Sequence record: PZ019082.1
Direction: 5' to 3' (one strand)
Source of the DNA: a phage
DNA: 40,613 nucleotides
Both the position numbers and the translations under genes were made by a program. The notes beneath the pieces are model-generated. The model saw only the letters and a list, made by a program, of their open reading frames with translations. It did not search any database and was not told the DNA's origin. Of the stretch, positions 18,241 through 28,005 are shown piece by piece. Numbering within the stretch: position 1 is the stretch's first letter; every line of letters begins with the position of its first letter.

Positions 18241-20786
18241 TCCTGCACTACACGCGAAACGCTGATGGCGCTTTCGACCGTACAAAACACGTCGGTATGC
18301 CGATGGAATTTGTCGTTAACCGTATCCCGGACGGCGTTCCGGTGCGCGTCTACCTCGGTGAGATTGGTGACGATACTGACGTAACTGACGACTTCGAAGC
18401 GCTTAAAGACGAAGACGCTGTGTACCACATTATTGAGGGTGCGGGTAGCGGGGCGCTTGGTGCCGTTAGTAAGGTGTTCGGTTTTATCCTTAAGCCAATC
18501 GCTAAGTTGTTTGGTCTGAACATGTCCGCAAACGCCAACTATACGACGACTAACAACCAGACAACGTCACCGAATAACAGCCTTACAGACCGCTCCAACA
18601 AGCCGCGGCCTTACGAGCGCTCTTATGACATCTGCGGGACCGTACAGACAATCCCTAATGACCTGATGCAGACGTATAAGGCGTTCAACTCCACTGGTGC
18701 TTTGCTGGAGTATTCATACTACGACGCGGGGCGCGGGTATCTGCATATTGAGGCTGATGGCGTAACGGAAGGCGACACCCTGATAAGCGACATCACAGGC
18801 TCCTCTGTTGCCGTGTATGCGCCGTATACTTCCCCGAACAACACCACATCGCCGCAACTACAAATCGGCGACGTCATTGACCAGAAACTTTATGTGACAT
18901 ACTCCAACGACGACGTTGACGGTATTGTACTGAAAGCGCCCAACGACATCGGGGCTAACCCAAGCGCCGACGGCACAGCTAAACGTATTTCAAACACCGG
19001 CTACATCTATGACCCGTCAGGCGACTCTGCTTTTTCTGAGTTTCTTAGCGTTGGCGATGTCGCGGTGCTGAGCAACTTTGACGTTGCTGATGTCACTAAC
19101 CTGAACGGCTCGTTCGAGGTTTTATATGTTGACGACTTCGAAGTGAGATTAGCCGTAAACGGTGCGTCTAACTGGGCGGCGTTGACCAGCGGGCAGACGT
19201 ACACGCTAACAGAGCGTTCAGATACGTTTATCGGCCCGAGCAACACATATGACGTGTCCCTGACCGACTGGTACTACATGGTGCGGGGAGAAGTTGACCG
19301 TGTGCTTGCTAACGTTGCCGGGCAGAACGGCCTCTACAAATACGACGGAGGCTATAACCGCACCAGCGTAACCGTAGAACTCCAGTACCAGATGATTGAC
19401 TCTCAGCGTAACCCGTTGAGCGATATCTACACAGTACAGGCCACAATCACTGGTAATAACACGGATTACGTCGGTACGTCTATCTACGGGCAGTTGCCTA
19501 CTGCATCGCGTTTCCGCGCCCGTATGCGCCGTATAACGAATTTCGATAAGGACTACGACGGTACCGTAAGTGATGAGATAACGTTCATCAACCTGTACGG
19601 GCAGTCTCTGGACACAACCCCACACTACGGCAACAGAACCACCGTACATTGCGCCCGTAAACAGACGCCGCGGGCCGCCAGTATCGACAACCCGGAACTG
19701 CGCATGATTGCGACCGAGATGTGCTACAAATACCTTGGCAATGGGGTATTCGATACAGTAATGACGCCGAATACTCAGGCGGTGCAGTCGCTAATCAGAC
19801 TGGCTCGCGACCCGGCGGTGGGTAATCTGGAACTGACAACGGCAAACATGGATAAGTTGCTTGCTGTGCAGGAAGAAATTGAGTCCTATTTCGGAAGTGA
19901 ATTAGCGGGGCAGTTCTGCTACACATTCGACGACTACGACACAACCATGCAGGACATTGTTCAGACCATAGCGGAGGCCGTGTTCTGTACGGCATACCGT
20001 AAAGGCGCGGATATTATGCTGCGTTTCGACCGTCCGGTTGCAGGACCTGAAATGGTGTTCACCCACCGCAGCAAAACTACTGGTACAGAGAAATGGACGC
20101 GCACGTTCAACGATTCGACAACCTACGATAGCCTGTCGTTCTCATACATCGACCCGGATACGAACGTACAGGAAACTATTTATATCCCGGAAGAACTCGG
20201 AGCAAACACCGAGGAATATGAATCTAAGGGTGTGCGCAATTATCAGCAGGCGTACTGGCTGGCGTGGCGTCGCTACCAGCGCAATGCGTTAAGTAAAGTT
20301 GTTGTGGAGTTCGAAGCTACTGAAGAGGGGGCACTAGCTACACCGGGCGGCGTAATCAGTGTGGCCAAAGGCTCACGCATCGCGCCGCAGGATGGTTACG
20401 TTGTTGCCGTTAATGGGCTTACGCTGACACTGTCACAGCCGGTTACGTTTACCCCCGGCGATGACCACTCCATCATCCTCAAGAAGCGCGACGGCTCTGT
20501 GCAGAGTATCTCTGTTATCAAAGGAAGCCATGACCGCGAGGTGATTATGCTCTCTGCACCGGAGGAGGCAATCTACACGGGGAATAGTGCACTAAAAACT
20601 GAGTTTTCATTCGGCAACGAAGCAAGGCATAATGCTCAGAAGATAGTTGTTTCTTCAATCGACCCGGGCGACGACCGCACGGTCAAGATTACAGGCTACA
20701 ACTATGACGACGGATTCTATAAATACGACGGCGTCGCGCCATACGGCAGCGGTTTCTCCGACGGATTCAGCAATGGTTTTAATTAA
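18231..20786 (+). CDS. tail tip / central fibre protein (gpJ-like)
   Basis: 851 aa ORF after gpK-like gene; track start is TTG overlapping upstream stop, true start uncertain (ATG at 18297 possible). Confidence 0.55.
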   Translation: MAIILHYTRNADGAFDRTKHVGMPMEFVVNRIPDGVPVRVYLGEIGDDTDVTDDFEALKDEDAVYHIIEGAGSGALGAVSKVFGFILKPIAKLFGLNMSANANYTTTNNQTTSPNNSLTDRSNKPRPYERSYDICGTVQTIPNDLMQTYKAFNSTGALLEYSYYDAGRGYLHIEADGVTEGDTLISDITGSSVAVYAPYTSPNNTTSPQLQIGDVIDQKLYVTYSNDDVDGIVLKAPNDIGANPSADGTAKRISNTGYIYDPSGDSAFSEFLSVGDVAVLSNFDVADVTNLNGSFEVLYVDDFEVRLAVNGASNWAALTSGQTYTLTERSDTFIGPSNTYDVSLTDWYYMVRGEVDRVLANVAGQNGLYKYDGGYNRTSVTVELQYQMIDSQRNPLSDIYTVQATITGNNTDYVGTSIYGQLPTASRFRARMRRITNFDKDYDGTVSDEITFINLYGQSLDTTPHYGNRTTVHCARKQTPRAASIDNPELRMIATEMCYKYLGNGVFDTVMTPNTQAVQSLIRLARDPAVGNLELTTANMDKLLAVQEEIESYFGSELAGQFCYTFDDYDTTMQDIVQTIAEAVFCTAYRKGADIMLRFDRPVAGPEMVFTHRSKTTGTEKWTRTFNDSTTYDSLSFSYIDPDTNVQETIYIPEELGANTEEYESKGVRNYQQAYWLAWRRYQRNALSKVVVEFEATEEGALATPGGVISVAKGSRIAPQDGYVVAVNGLTLTLSQPVTFTPGDDHSIILKKRDGSVQSISVIKGSHDREVIMLSAPEEAIYTGNSALKTEFSFGNEARHNAQKIVVSSIDPGDDRTVKITGYNYDDGFYKYDGVAPYGSGFSDGFSNGFN

Positions 20787-20798
20787 AGAGGACTCTAT

Positions 20799-22826
20799 AT
20801 GTCAAGCGGATGCGGTGACGTTTTAAGCCTGGCGGACTTACAAACTGCCAAGAAACACCAGATTTTCGAAGCCGAGGTTATCACCGGTAAATCCGGCGGG
20901 GTTGCTGGTGGTGTCGATATCGAGTATGCGACCAATGCGGTTACGGGGCAGACCCAAAAGACGCTCCCAGCCGTGTTGCGTGATGCTGGTTTTAGGCCAG
21001 CATCGTTTACCTTTGAAACAGGCGGGACCGTAACTGATGCGGGTACTATTGTTTTATGGCCTGAGCCTGGTGGGGATGGGATGTGGTATTACTGGACAGG
21101 AAGTCTACCTAAAGTAATCCCTGCGTCATCATCCCCTATTGGAGACGCTAATTGGGTACCAATTGATATCAACGGTGCTGGTAACGACGAGGAGCTATGG
21201 CGAACTGTTTTGAGCTACGTGGGTATTAACCTAGTACCCGGCAGCTTCGAACGCGGTGGTACTTTAAACAATCTTCGCGACGCTATTTGGTCTGAAAAAG
21301 AGGCGAAAGCATACGTTAACTACAACGCACAATTGTCACCGGTGTTAATCCCATCTGGCAGTACACCGAACGACATAGTTGGTAGCGAAGATGTATCTAA
21401 ATTCGTAGGTCATGGGGTAAACATAATTTCATCACCCCGTAAAATGCGTCTGTCGGAGGTAATAGACTTTGGTTCATCTAATGCCCTCGATACCGGTGTA
21501 GACCGTGCGCAATTTAATGGTTTTTCTAAGACTACAAATACCACGGTAGCCGTCGGGGCGACTACGGTAGACTGTGCGCTTTATGTAGACCCTGCATGGT
21601 ACCAACTCCCCGGCGGTAGCTCCGGCGGTGTATACCCGCAAAAAGTACAGATAAGAAACACATCGGTGGTATGCGACGCCCCCGCAATCGGGCAAGCTGG
21701 CGTTTTTGTGGAGCAAGGTGGGTTTTTTAATTTCGAAAAAATGGATATTTATGACTTCACTAACGCCATCTGGTTAAAGGACGCCTGGATTACAACAATC
21801 AGAAAAGTTGTCTCTAACGGTCGTCTTAGAATAGAAAGCGGTACGTCAATAAAGGTTGAACAATGCTCATTCGGCGGTGCGTCAACTAAATTTTCAGCCA
21901 ACAACGGCGGTATCTACTTCACAGGGGTATCCTATAGCCACATAGATAACTGTACTAGTGACGGAGGGGCGTTAGCTCCATACAAATTTAATGGGTGTAA
22001 TGCCATTAAATTGACCGCATGCGGCTGCGAGGAGACAGGCTCATCTGATGCAAACGAGGGTAAAGCCCTGGCATTCGAGAGCAACAACCTTAACATTATA
22101 GTGGAGGGGTTTACTAACCGGCAGTTAGCACACGCCACCAAACCTGTAGCGTCATTTATATCTAACAATAAGGTTACATTCCGTAATTGCGTGTTCTCGC
22201 AGACAGGAACCAGCCTGTCTAACAGAGATTTTTATATTGCTGAAAACGGTAATGTGATAAATGTTATTGATTGCCAATTCAGCAACGATTCTCTCGATAG
22301 CCCTAGAATTAAATTCGAAAACGGCGTAACAACATCATCCGTCTATGTAACGGTAAACGGCAGAACATCAAGATACTATTCAAAGGGGGACGGGAAAACA
22401 TACCGCGCCCGATTATACGACCAGGAAGGCTCTGACGCTAACGGTTCCTTCATCAAACACTGGAACGGTACAAAGACATGCCGTCATGCTTTCAGCGCTG
22501 CACTTTTTACGGGTAACTCTAGCCAAGAGACAGTATCTGGCGTGACGATATATAAGTCTAATGGAGTGGCTTGGACGTTCCCGGATGGTGGTTTCTCCAC
22601 ACAACCCGTAATAACGGCTCAGATTTTATCAACGGGCGGGGCTGCGCCTGCGCTAACACAGGTCAATATCGACTCCACGGGTTTCGGTACTACATCCGCA
22701 GGCTCTTTTTTCCTTTCCGGGCTTAAATCATTTGCTTCTGGCGCCGGAGGTATATCCGCGGCGGTGCGTGTTATGGTAACTGCGTCCGGGACGTGGACTA
22801 ACGAGGAAGACGTTACCCCAGCCTAG
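20799..22826 (+). CDS. tailspike / receptor-binding protein
   Basis: 675 aa, RBS AGAGGA; last structural gene; Gly/Ser/Thr/Asn-rich repetitive beta-type sequence; followed by strong terminator. Confidence 0.6.
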   Translation: MSSGCGDVLSLADLQTAKKHQIFEAEVITGKSGGVAGGVDIEYATNAVTGQTQKTLPAVLRDAGFRPASFTFETGGTVTDAGTIVLWPEPGGDGMWYYWTGSLPKVIPASSSPIGDANWVPIDINGAGNDEELWRTVLSYVGINLVPGSFERGGTLNNLRDAIWSEKEAKAYVNYNAQLSPVLIPSGSTPNDIVGSEDVSKFVGHGVNIISSPRKMRLSEVIDFGSSNALDTGVDRAQFNGFSKTTNTTVAVGATTVDCALYVDPAWYQLPGGSSGGVYPQKVQIRNTSVVCDAPAIGQAGVFVEQGGFFNFEKMDIYDFTNAIWLKDAWITTIRKVVSNGRLRIESGTSIKVEQCSFGGASTKFSANNGGIYFTGVSYSHIDNCTSDGGALAPYKFNGCNAIKLTACGCEETGSSDANEGKALAFESNNLNIIVEGFTNRQLAHATKPVASFISNNKVTFRNCVFSQTGTSLSNRDFYIAENGNVINVIDCQFSNDSLDSPRIKFENGVTTSSVYVTVNGRTSRYYSKGDGKTYRARLYDQEGSDANGSFIKHWNGTKTCRHAFSAALFTGNSSQETVSGVTIYKSNGVAWTFPDGGFSTQPVITAQILSTGGAAPALTQVNIDSTGFGTTSAGSFFLSGLKSFASGAGGISAAVRVMVTASGTWTNEEDVTPA

Positions 22827-22840
22827 TTGACCTAAAACTA

Positions 22841-22863
22841 AGGCCCCAAACGGGGCCTTTTCT
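22841..22863 (+). terminator. rho-independent terminator
   Basis: GGCCCC-AAAC-GGGGCC hairpin followed by TTTT. Confidence 0.75.
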
Positions 22864-23001
22864 CTACTCTTCTGCTAACTTCTCCAGTACAAACGCCAGT
22901 TGCGCATTAGCGGCGTCTCTTTGCTGCCGTAGTCGTAGAACCTCTTCTTCGAGTTCCTTGATACGTTTTTGCAATGCTGGAATCGGCGCTACGATGTTCA
23001 T
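22864..23001 (-). CDS. small coiled-coil protein (45 aa)
   Basis: Not in ORF track; ATGA overlap with HNH stop; RBS GGAG 9 nt upstream; heptad-like KELEEEVLRLRQQRD. Confidence 0.3.
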   Translation of the reverse strand: MNIVAPIPALQKRIKELEEEVLRLRQQRDAANAQLAFVLEKLAEE

Positions 23002-23489
23002 GCGGTTTCTCCGTGGTTTTCATGAAATCCGTAAGCAGCTTCCGCGGCTTTACGCGCGGCAACAGCTTCGTTAAAATCATCAAACCTTCCAATAGTTTTT
23101 GTCTTTCTAAATTTGGTTATCTGCACCAACCACTTGCACCGCTCTTTGTCAAATGACACCCCTACCGCCCCAGACCTATTACGCCCAGTAGCCAGCCTGT
23201 TCATAGCGTTTTCTTGCTTAGTAACTACTCTTAAATTTGCGAGCCTGTTATCCGCGCGATTATGATTCTGGTGGTCTATTTCCATGCCGTCTGGTATAGG
23301 GCCATTGAACATTTCCCATATGACTCGGTGCGCGCGGTAGATAACTCCATTGTAGCGAAACTGAATGTAGCCGAACTTGTTTAGTGTTCCCGCTACCGCA
23401 CCTTTAGCAACATTTTTAGCGGGTTTTATGATCCATATCAGATTTCCAGTCTCTGGTTCATACCGTAGGACATTCTTCCAGATAAACAT
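22998..23489 (-). CDS. HNH endonuclease
   Basis: Motif EIDHQNHNRADNRLANLRVVTKQEN; TAATG overlap with upstream helicase stop. Confidence 0.8.
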   Translation of the reverse strand: MFIWKNVLRYEPETGNLIWIIKPAKNVAKGAVAGTLNKFGYIQFRYNGVIYRAHRVIWEMFNGPIPDGMEIDHQNHNRADNRLANLRVVTKQENAMNRLATGRNRSGAVGVSFDKERCKWLVQITKFRKTKTIGRFDDFNEAVAARKAAEAAYGFHENHGETA

Positions 23490-24910
23490 TATCGTTTCCT
23501 TCTCTTCATATAATTAAGTAGTTCGTCCTGTACAGACCTTTTCTCGTCTGTACGCGCGGCGACAACTTCATCAAGAGTATTTCGGGCTATTATTTGATAA
23601 ATGAATACAGACCGTTTGTATCCAGATTGCATCTGCCTTACCGGGCCTATACGCTCGATAACCTGCAGATAATGTTCCAGGTTCCACCCCTGACTAATAA
23701 ATGCCATGTGGTGTCCGCCATGTTGTAGCGACAGCCCGTGGCCCGCAGAAGCTGGGTGTATCAGGAGCATAGGTATCTCACCGCGGTTCCACGCTTCCAT
23801 CTGCTTATTGCCCTTAGCACCTTTTGCAAATGCCTGTGCTTGGGGGAATCGCTTAAGGATGCGCTCCAGTTCGTGCTTGAACTGATAGGCGACCAGTAAC
23901 GGCGCACCCTGTAACTCCTCAACAATTGACTCAAGCGCATCCAGTTTCGTGTCGTGCACTTTCTCCCATTCTTTGGTTGCTTCGCCGTCTTCGCCCGTCA
24001 CATACACAGCACCGGAAGCAATCTGCAAGCACTTAGCCGTTTTAGCGGCGGCGTTGGCGGCCTGCACCTCCCCACTCTCCAGTTCCGCGATTAACTTTTT
24101 CTCCATGTCGTCGTACGCCTGACGCGCTTTCTTCGGCAGGTCGATTTCAACCGGTACAATAATCGGCGCTTCACAACCAAACCACTCGGCGGGGTCGATG
24201 GTCAGGCTGATGTCTTTCATCTTCTGATGAATCTCATTATCGGCACCAGGTCGCGCGTGATATTCACGCGCCATAGCCGACTTACCTTTCTGTACCGAGT
24301 TAAACCAGCGGTCGGTGAATGCTGTGTACGATGAACCGAGTCGCTCACCGGCGTCGATAAACCAGTTCTGACCCCACAAGTCTTTGAGGCCGTTTGGCGA
24401 CGGCGTACCAGTCAGGTTGATGAAACGCCTAACCTTACCGAACGCCACTTTACTAAGCGCCTTTGCTCGCTTGCTTCCGCCAGAACGGCTACGGAATGAT
24501 TTAAGCTTCGTGCTTTCATCAGCAACAATAACGGTAAAAGGCCAGTCGTCTTTGCCGTAGTAGTCAATCAGCCACTCGATAACCTCGTAGTTGGTGCATA
24601 CCACGTTAGCGTCTGACTCCAGAGCCGCGATGCGGCGCTTCTCCGAACCTGTTGCATCGGCGACACTCAGACACGGGAAACCCCACTTAGTTTGTTCTGC
24701 GGGCCACGTACCAGACGCAACGCGCAACGGGGCAAGGATTAACACGCGGTCCTCTTCGGTAAGCTGCCCGTTGCGAAACAGTCGGTTGAGCACCCACATA
24801 GTAGAGGAGGTTTTACCCCCTCCCATGCCGCACCAGATATTACAGCGAGGGTGTTGCAACATGAACGAAGTCATGAGCTTCTGGTATTCACGCCTTTGAA
24901 ACTTACTCAT
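23489..24910 (-). CDS. SNF2/DEAD-like superfamily 2 helicase
   Basis: Walker A GMGGGKTSS, Walker B VIVADEST, motif III LTGTPSPNG. Confidence 0.8.
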   Translation of the reverse strand: MSKFQRREYQKLMTSFMLQHPRCNIWCGMGGGKTSSTMWVLNRLFRNGQLTEEDRVLILAPLRVASGTWPAEQTKWGFPCLSVADATGSEKRRIAALESDANVVCTNYEVIEWLIDYYGKDDWPFTVIVADESTKLKSFRSRSGGSKRAKALSKVAFGKVRRFINLTGTPSPNGLKDLWGQNWFIDAGERLGSSYTAFTDRWFNSVQKGKSAMAREYHARPGADNEIHQKMKDISLTIDPAEWFGCEAPIIVPVEIDLPKKARQAYDDMEKKLIAELESGEVQAANAAAKTAKCLQIASGAVYVTGEDGEATKEWEKVHDTKLDALESIVEELQGAPLLVAYQFKHELERILKRFPQAQAFAKGAKGNKQMEAWNRGEIPMLLIHPASAGHGLSLQHGGHHMAFISQGWNLEHYLQVIERIGPVRQMQSGYKRSVFIYQIIARNTLDEVVAARTDEKRSVQDELLNYMKRRKR

Positions 24911-25098
24911 TTTGCCACCAGAACTAACTCTTTACGTCCGAACGCCGTAACGTTACCGGTTACATCTTCAATAACCAGTTTACCGTTAGACTCGACGAAC
25001 ACCGTATCAACGGCAACAGGGCGACGGGTCTTAACGTTGAAAATCAGGTCACCAGGTACGATGTCACGTGCTGGTTTGCGGTCATATTCGTGTTTCAT
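24907..25098 (-). CDS. hypothetical protein (63 aa)
   Basis: ATGA overlap with helicase start; RBS AAGGA; preceded by promoter-like element 25132-25160. Confidence 0.45.
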   Translation of the reverse strand: MKHEYDRKPARDIVPGDLIFNVKTRRPVAVDTVFVESNGKLVIEDVTGNVTAFGRKELVLVAK

Positions 25099-25128
25099 TT
25101 CTCAATTCCTTATATTGTTGGTGTAGGG

Positions 25129-25413
25129 CTAACTATAATAGTTAGCTATTAGGTCGTCAACCTGTTTAAACGAACCAACGACAAAAACATTCGCGCCACG
25201 TTTACGCATCCGCGCGTGTTCACGTAGCTGGTGCGGGTCTGGCTTCGTGTTTTCGTCTTTCTTAACCTCGACGAACCAGACTATGCCGCCGGGGAGAATT
25301 ACCAGCAGGTCAGGAGCGCCTGAGCGCCCCTCGTAAGACAGCTTACGAACGAGGCCACCAATGGCCTCGAACATCTCTTTTGCGTATTTCTGAATCTTGC
25401 CTTCCGGGGTCAT
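25129..25413 (-). CDS. VRR-NUC domain nuclease
   Basis: PD-(D/E)XK-like motif PDLLV ... FVEVKK; 94 aa. Confidence 0.65.
   Translation of the reverse strand: MTPEGKIQKYAKEMFEAIGGLVRKLSYEGRSGAPDLLVILPGGIVWFVEVKKDENTKPDPHQLREHARMRKRGANVFVVGSFKQVDDLIANYYS
25132..25160 (-). promoter_or_regulatory. sigma70-like promoter TTGACG-N17-TATAGTTAG
   Basis: Minus-strand TTGACGacctaatagctaactatTATAGTTAG; lies within the 3-prime end of the VRR-NUC coding sequence; same architecture as 28687-28715 and 30806-30834. Confidence 0.5.
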
Positions 25414-25562
25414 GAGCGCAGAACCCAGGTTATAAACGCTCCTCCGAGAACGGCAACGCCAACAAACTTAAAGAACAGGCCGTAACAGAACATCGCAGCT
25501 ATTCCCGCGCCGAGTAACAGTGCGAGCATGGTTACTATCGCCCAAAATACAAACATTGTCAT
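25410..25562 (-). CDS. small hydrophobic membrane protein (50 aa)
   Basis: Not in ORF track; RBS GAGGGG 10 nt upstream; ATGA overlap with VRR-NUC start; sequence almost entirely hydrophobic. Confidence 0.35.
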   Translation of the reverse strand: MTMFVFWAIVTMLALLLGAGIAAMFCYGLFFKFVGVAVLGGAFITWVLRS

Positions 25563-25644
25563 AATACGCACCCCTCGCGTTTCGTGTGCTCAATACCGCA
25601 GCGCGGACAGATTCGGCAGTCTTCTTCGTAGAACCAGTAAATTT

Positions 25645-25776
25645 TCATTCCAGCACCCACAGATAAATTGCGATGAACATTCCCAATACCGCAGCCATCA
25701 TGCCGTATTGGCCCTCGTGACAATAGACACCGGCGGCAAATCCTGCCAGTAACGCGATAATCAGTTTACTTAGCAT
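25645..25776 (-). CDS. small hydrophobic membrane protein (43 aa)
   Basis: Not in ORF track; ATG overlaps last codons of DNA polymerase gene; RBS GGAG; hydrophobic throughout. Confidence 0.35.
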   Translation of the reverse strand: MLSKLIIALLAGFAAGVYCHEGQYGMMAAVLGMFIAIYLWVLE

Positions 25777-27946
25777 AGCGCTTCATCTCCGCACCTTCTG
25801 CCACAAGAGGGAACCCTTCGGCCCATTCCGGTAATTCGCACATTAATTTTTCCAGTTCAGCCACCGTGTACTCAGGTGTGTCTGGAGTTTCACACACTAA
25901 TTCATCGTGTACCGAAAGCACGATGGGGTACCCGCCGCCCTCAACATTAATCATCGCGTATGCGAGTAAATCACGGCACAGCGCCTGAGTGCAGTTTTCC
26001 ACCAGTTTACCGGAGTAGGTGTACTGGAAGCCCCACTGACGGGTTAACTGGTTTTCGCCCTGGTACTTGATGCGCACGTTAGTGGACACCTTCCCGTCTT
26101 CGTCTGCCTCTTTAGACACACTTAACCCGACGCCCGGATAAGACATAACGCGGCCCGACGGCAACGTCATGCGCAGCCACCAACCAGCGACTTTGTTGCC
26201 GTTGTTATCTGTTTCTACGTTACGCGAAAACTTAACTCCCCGCGGACCTGCAGTGAACTCTTTACCTGGGTTGCGGATAGCCGCCATAGCTGCGTCTTCA
26301 ATATCACGCCAGAATGCTACTGTTTCAGGGTGAGACTCCCGCCACATGCGCTTGATAGCGTCACAGGTGCGCCACACTTTCTTATCAAGAATATATGACG
26401 GCCGGTCGTCTTTTTCACCAGGACGTGGTTGTCGCTTGGCTTCCTGAATACGTGCCCACTCATATCCACGTGCGGTAGCGGTCCAGATGTGGTCGGGGAA
26501 AGTACCGTCCATTGTTTTAGCCATATCAACCAGGTCAAGGCCGAGGTTCTTGGCGAACTGTACGAATGCGCCGACACCGCCCGCGTAGCCAAGACCCAAT
26601 TCACAGGCTTTACCAATCTGGCGTAAGTCTTTACGTTCTTTCTTAATGTAATCCGGATCCATGCCAAACATCTTACCCGCGGTTACACAGTAAATATCCA
26701 GCCCAGCGCGGAACGTATCGAGCGCGGTTTCTTCTCCCGCCAGCCACGCAAGCCCACGGCCTTCAACGTTAGAGTAATCGGCAACGACAAACTTATGCCC
26801 TGCTTCCGGGATAATGCAGCTACGAACTGTCGATGCCGTCAGCTTGGCTACGTCAAATCGGCGGTGAGCACGACCCTTAAGTAACGCTGAAATGCCTTTA
26901 TCCAGTTCATCATCATGATAGTACCCGCGGGCCAGGTTCTGCGGCTGAAAGCCTTTACCCGCCCATCGCAAAGTACGTTTTGCCCCGCCGTACTGTAAAC
27001 AACCGCGGCGTCGGTCGTCCGACGAGCGGCCCAACAGCAGCGGGTTATATTTCGTTGATGCGGTGGATGCGGCCCCGAGGCGCATTTCGATAATCGTGCG
27101 AGCGTCGTCCGGTAAATCATCATCCGCCAGCAGGTCGTTAAGCGTCGACTTCTGCGCATTGTGGATGCGGTGCGCTGGCGCAAGTTCACGCAGAATCGGA
27201 AGGAAGTCTTTACCGGTAAGTGAGCCGCCGTATTTGCGTTGGGCTTCTTCCTGTAACTGTGCCTTGTGCTTCTCCACGGCTTCAATCGCTGCTTCTGCCA
27301 GCGCTACGTCAACCTTAAACCCGCGGTCGTTGATTAACTGGTCCAGTTCCAGTACACGGTCTTCAAACTCGGAGTTACCCCACCGCGGCAGCTTATGGAA
27401 GACTTCCCGCATCGCAGTGATGTCGCTCACGGCGTACTTGATGAACAGCGCCCACTCATCGGGATGTGTTTCAGCGGTGTAGCGGCGGATTTTGTAGTTC
27501 TTAGGTGTCGGTTTAGAAAAACGCTGAATCAGCGCCTTGCCGCGTTTGTCTTTTGCGTTGTCCGCAGACACGCCCAGCACTTCGCACAATGCGTCAAGTG
27601 AACCCGGCAGCGCGTGGCGAAACGCCCAAATCATCGTATCAATGGTGTTGCTTACCGGAATATCAAAGTCCCAGCAGTGTTTCATGATGAGCCTGTCGAA
27701 CATTGAGCCGTTGTGCCACACCATCTTAATGCGGCTGTTTGGCTTAACCAGACGGCGTAAGGCGCGGTGCAAATCCCCCGGCATGTCGCTGCCGTCTGTG
27801 CAATCCCATACCTGCACAGGCTCGTCGTCAAAAGCGTATGTGCAGATAAGCACTTCGGTAGTTGGGTGCTCTGCGTAAGCGTATGAACCGACTTTCTTTA
27901 AATCGGCTTCGGAGAATGTTTCAAAGTCTAAGAACAGGTAACTCAT
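25766..27946 (-). CDS. family A DNA polymerase with N-terminal 3-prime to 5-prime exonuclease domain
   Basis: Exo I FLDFETFS; motif A DYSNVEGR; motif B K..LGLGYAGG; motif C VHDE. Confidence 0.8.
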   Translation of the reverse strand: MSYLFLDFETFSEADLKKVGSYAYAEHPTTEVLICTYAFDDEPVQVWDCTDGSDMPGDLHRALRRLVKPNSRIKMVWHNGSMFDRLIMKHCWDFDIPVSNTIDTMIWAFRHALPGSLDALCEVLGVSADNAKDKRGKALIQRFSKPTPKNYKIRRYTAETHPDEWALFIKYAVSDITAMREVFHKLPRWGNSEFEDRVLELDQLINDRGFKVDVALAEAAIEAVEKHKAQLQEEAQRKYGGSLTGKDFLPILRELAPAHRIHNAQKSTLNDLLADDDLPDDARTIIEMRLGAASTASTKYNPLLLGRSSDDRRRGCLQYGGAKRTLRWAGKGFQPQNLARGYYHDDELDKGISALLKGRAHRRFDVAKLTASTVRSCIIPEAGHKFVVADYSNVEGRGLAWLAGEETALDTFRAGLDIYCVTAGKMFGMDPDYIKKERKDLRQIGKACELGLGYAGGVGAFVQFAKNLGLDLVDMAKTMDGTFPDHIWTATARGYEWARIQEAKRQPRPGEKDDRPSYILDKKVWRTCDAIKRMWRESHPETVAFWRDIEDAAMAAIRNPGKEFTAGPRGVKFSRNVETDNNGNKVAGWWLRMTLPSGRVMSYPGVGLSVSKEADEDGKVSTNVRIKYQGENQLTRQWGFQYTYSGKLVENCTQALCRDLLAYAMINVEGGGYPIVLSVHDELVCETPDTPEYTVAELEKLMCELPEWAEGFPLVAEGAEMKRYAK

Positions 27947-27963
27947 TATTTTCGACCCTTAGT

Positions 27964-27984
27964 AAAAAGGCCCAATGAAGGGCC
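27964..27984 (-). terminator. terminator-like hairpin (minus strand)
   Basis: GGCCC-TTCATT-GGGCC followed by TTTTT on minus strand, between DUF2815-like gene and DNA polymerase. Confidence 0.45.
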
Positions 27985-28005
27985 TTAGTTAAATTGATTC
28001 AGATA

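Noticed and set aside
25528-25752. Plus-strand 74-aa ORF in the polymerase/VRR-NUC gap
   Set aside because: Opposite to all surrounding genes, no RBS; the minus strand here encodes two small ORFs with RBS and coupling, which explain the region better.
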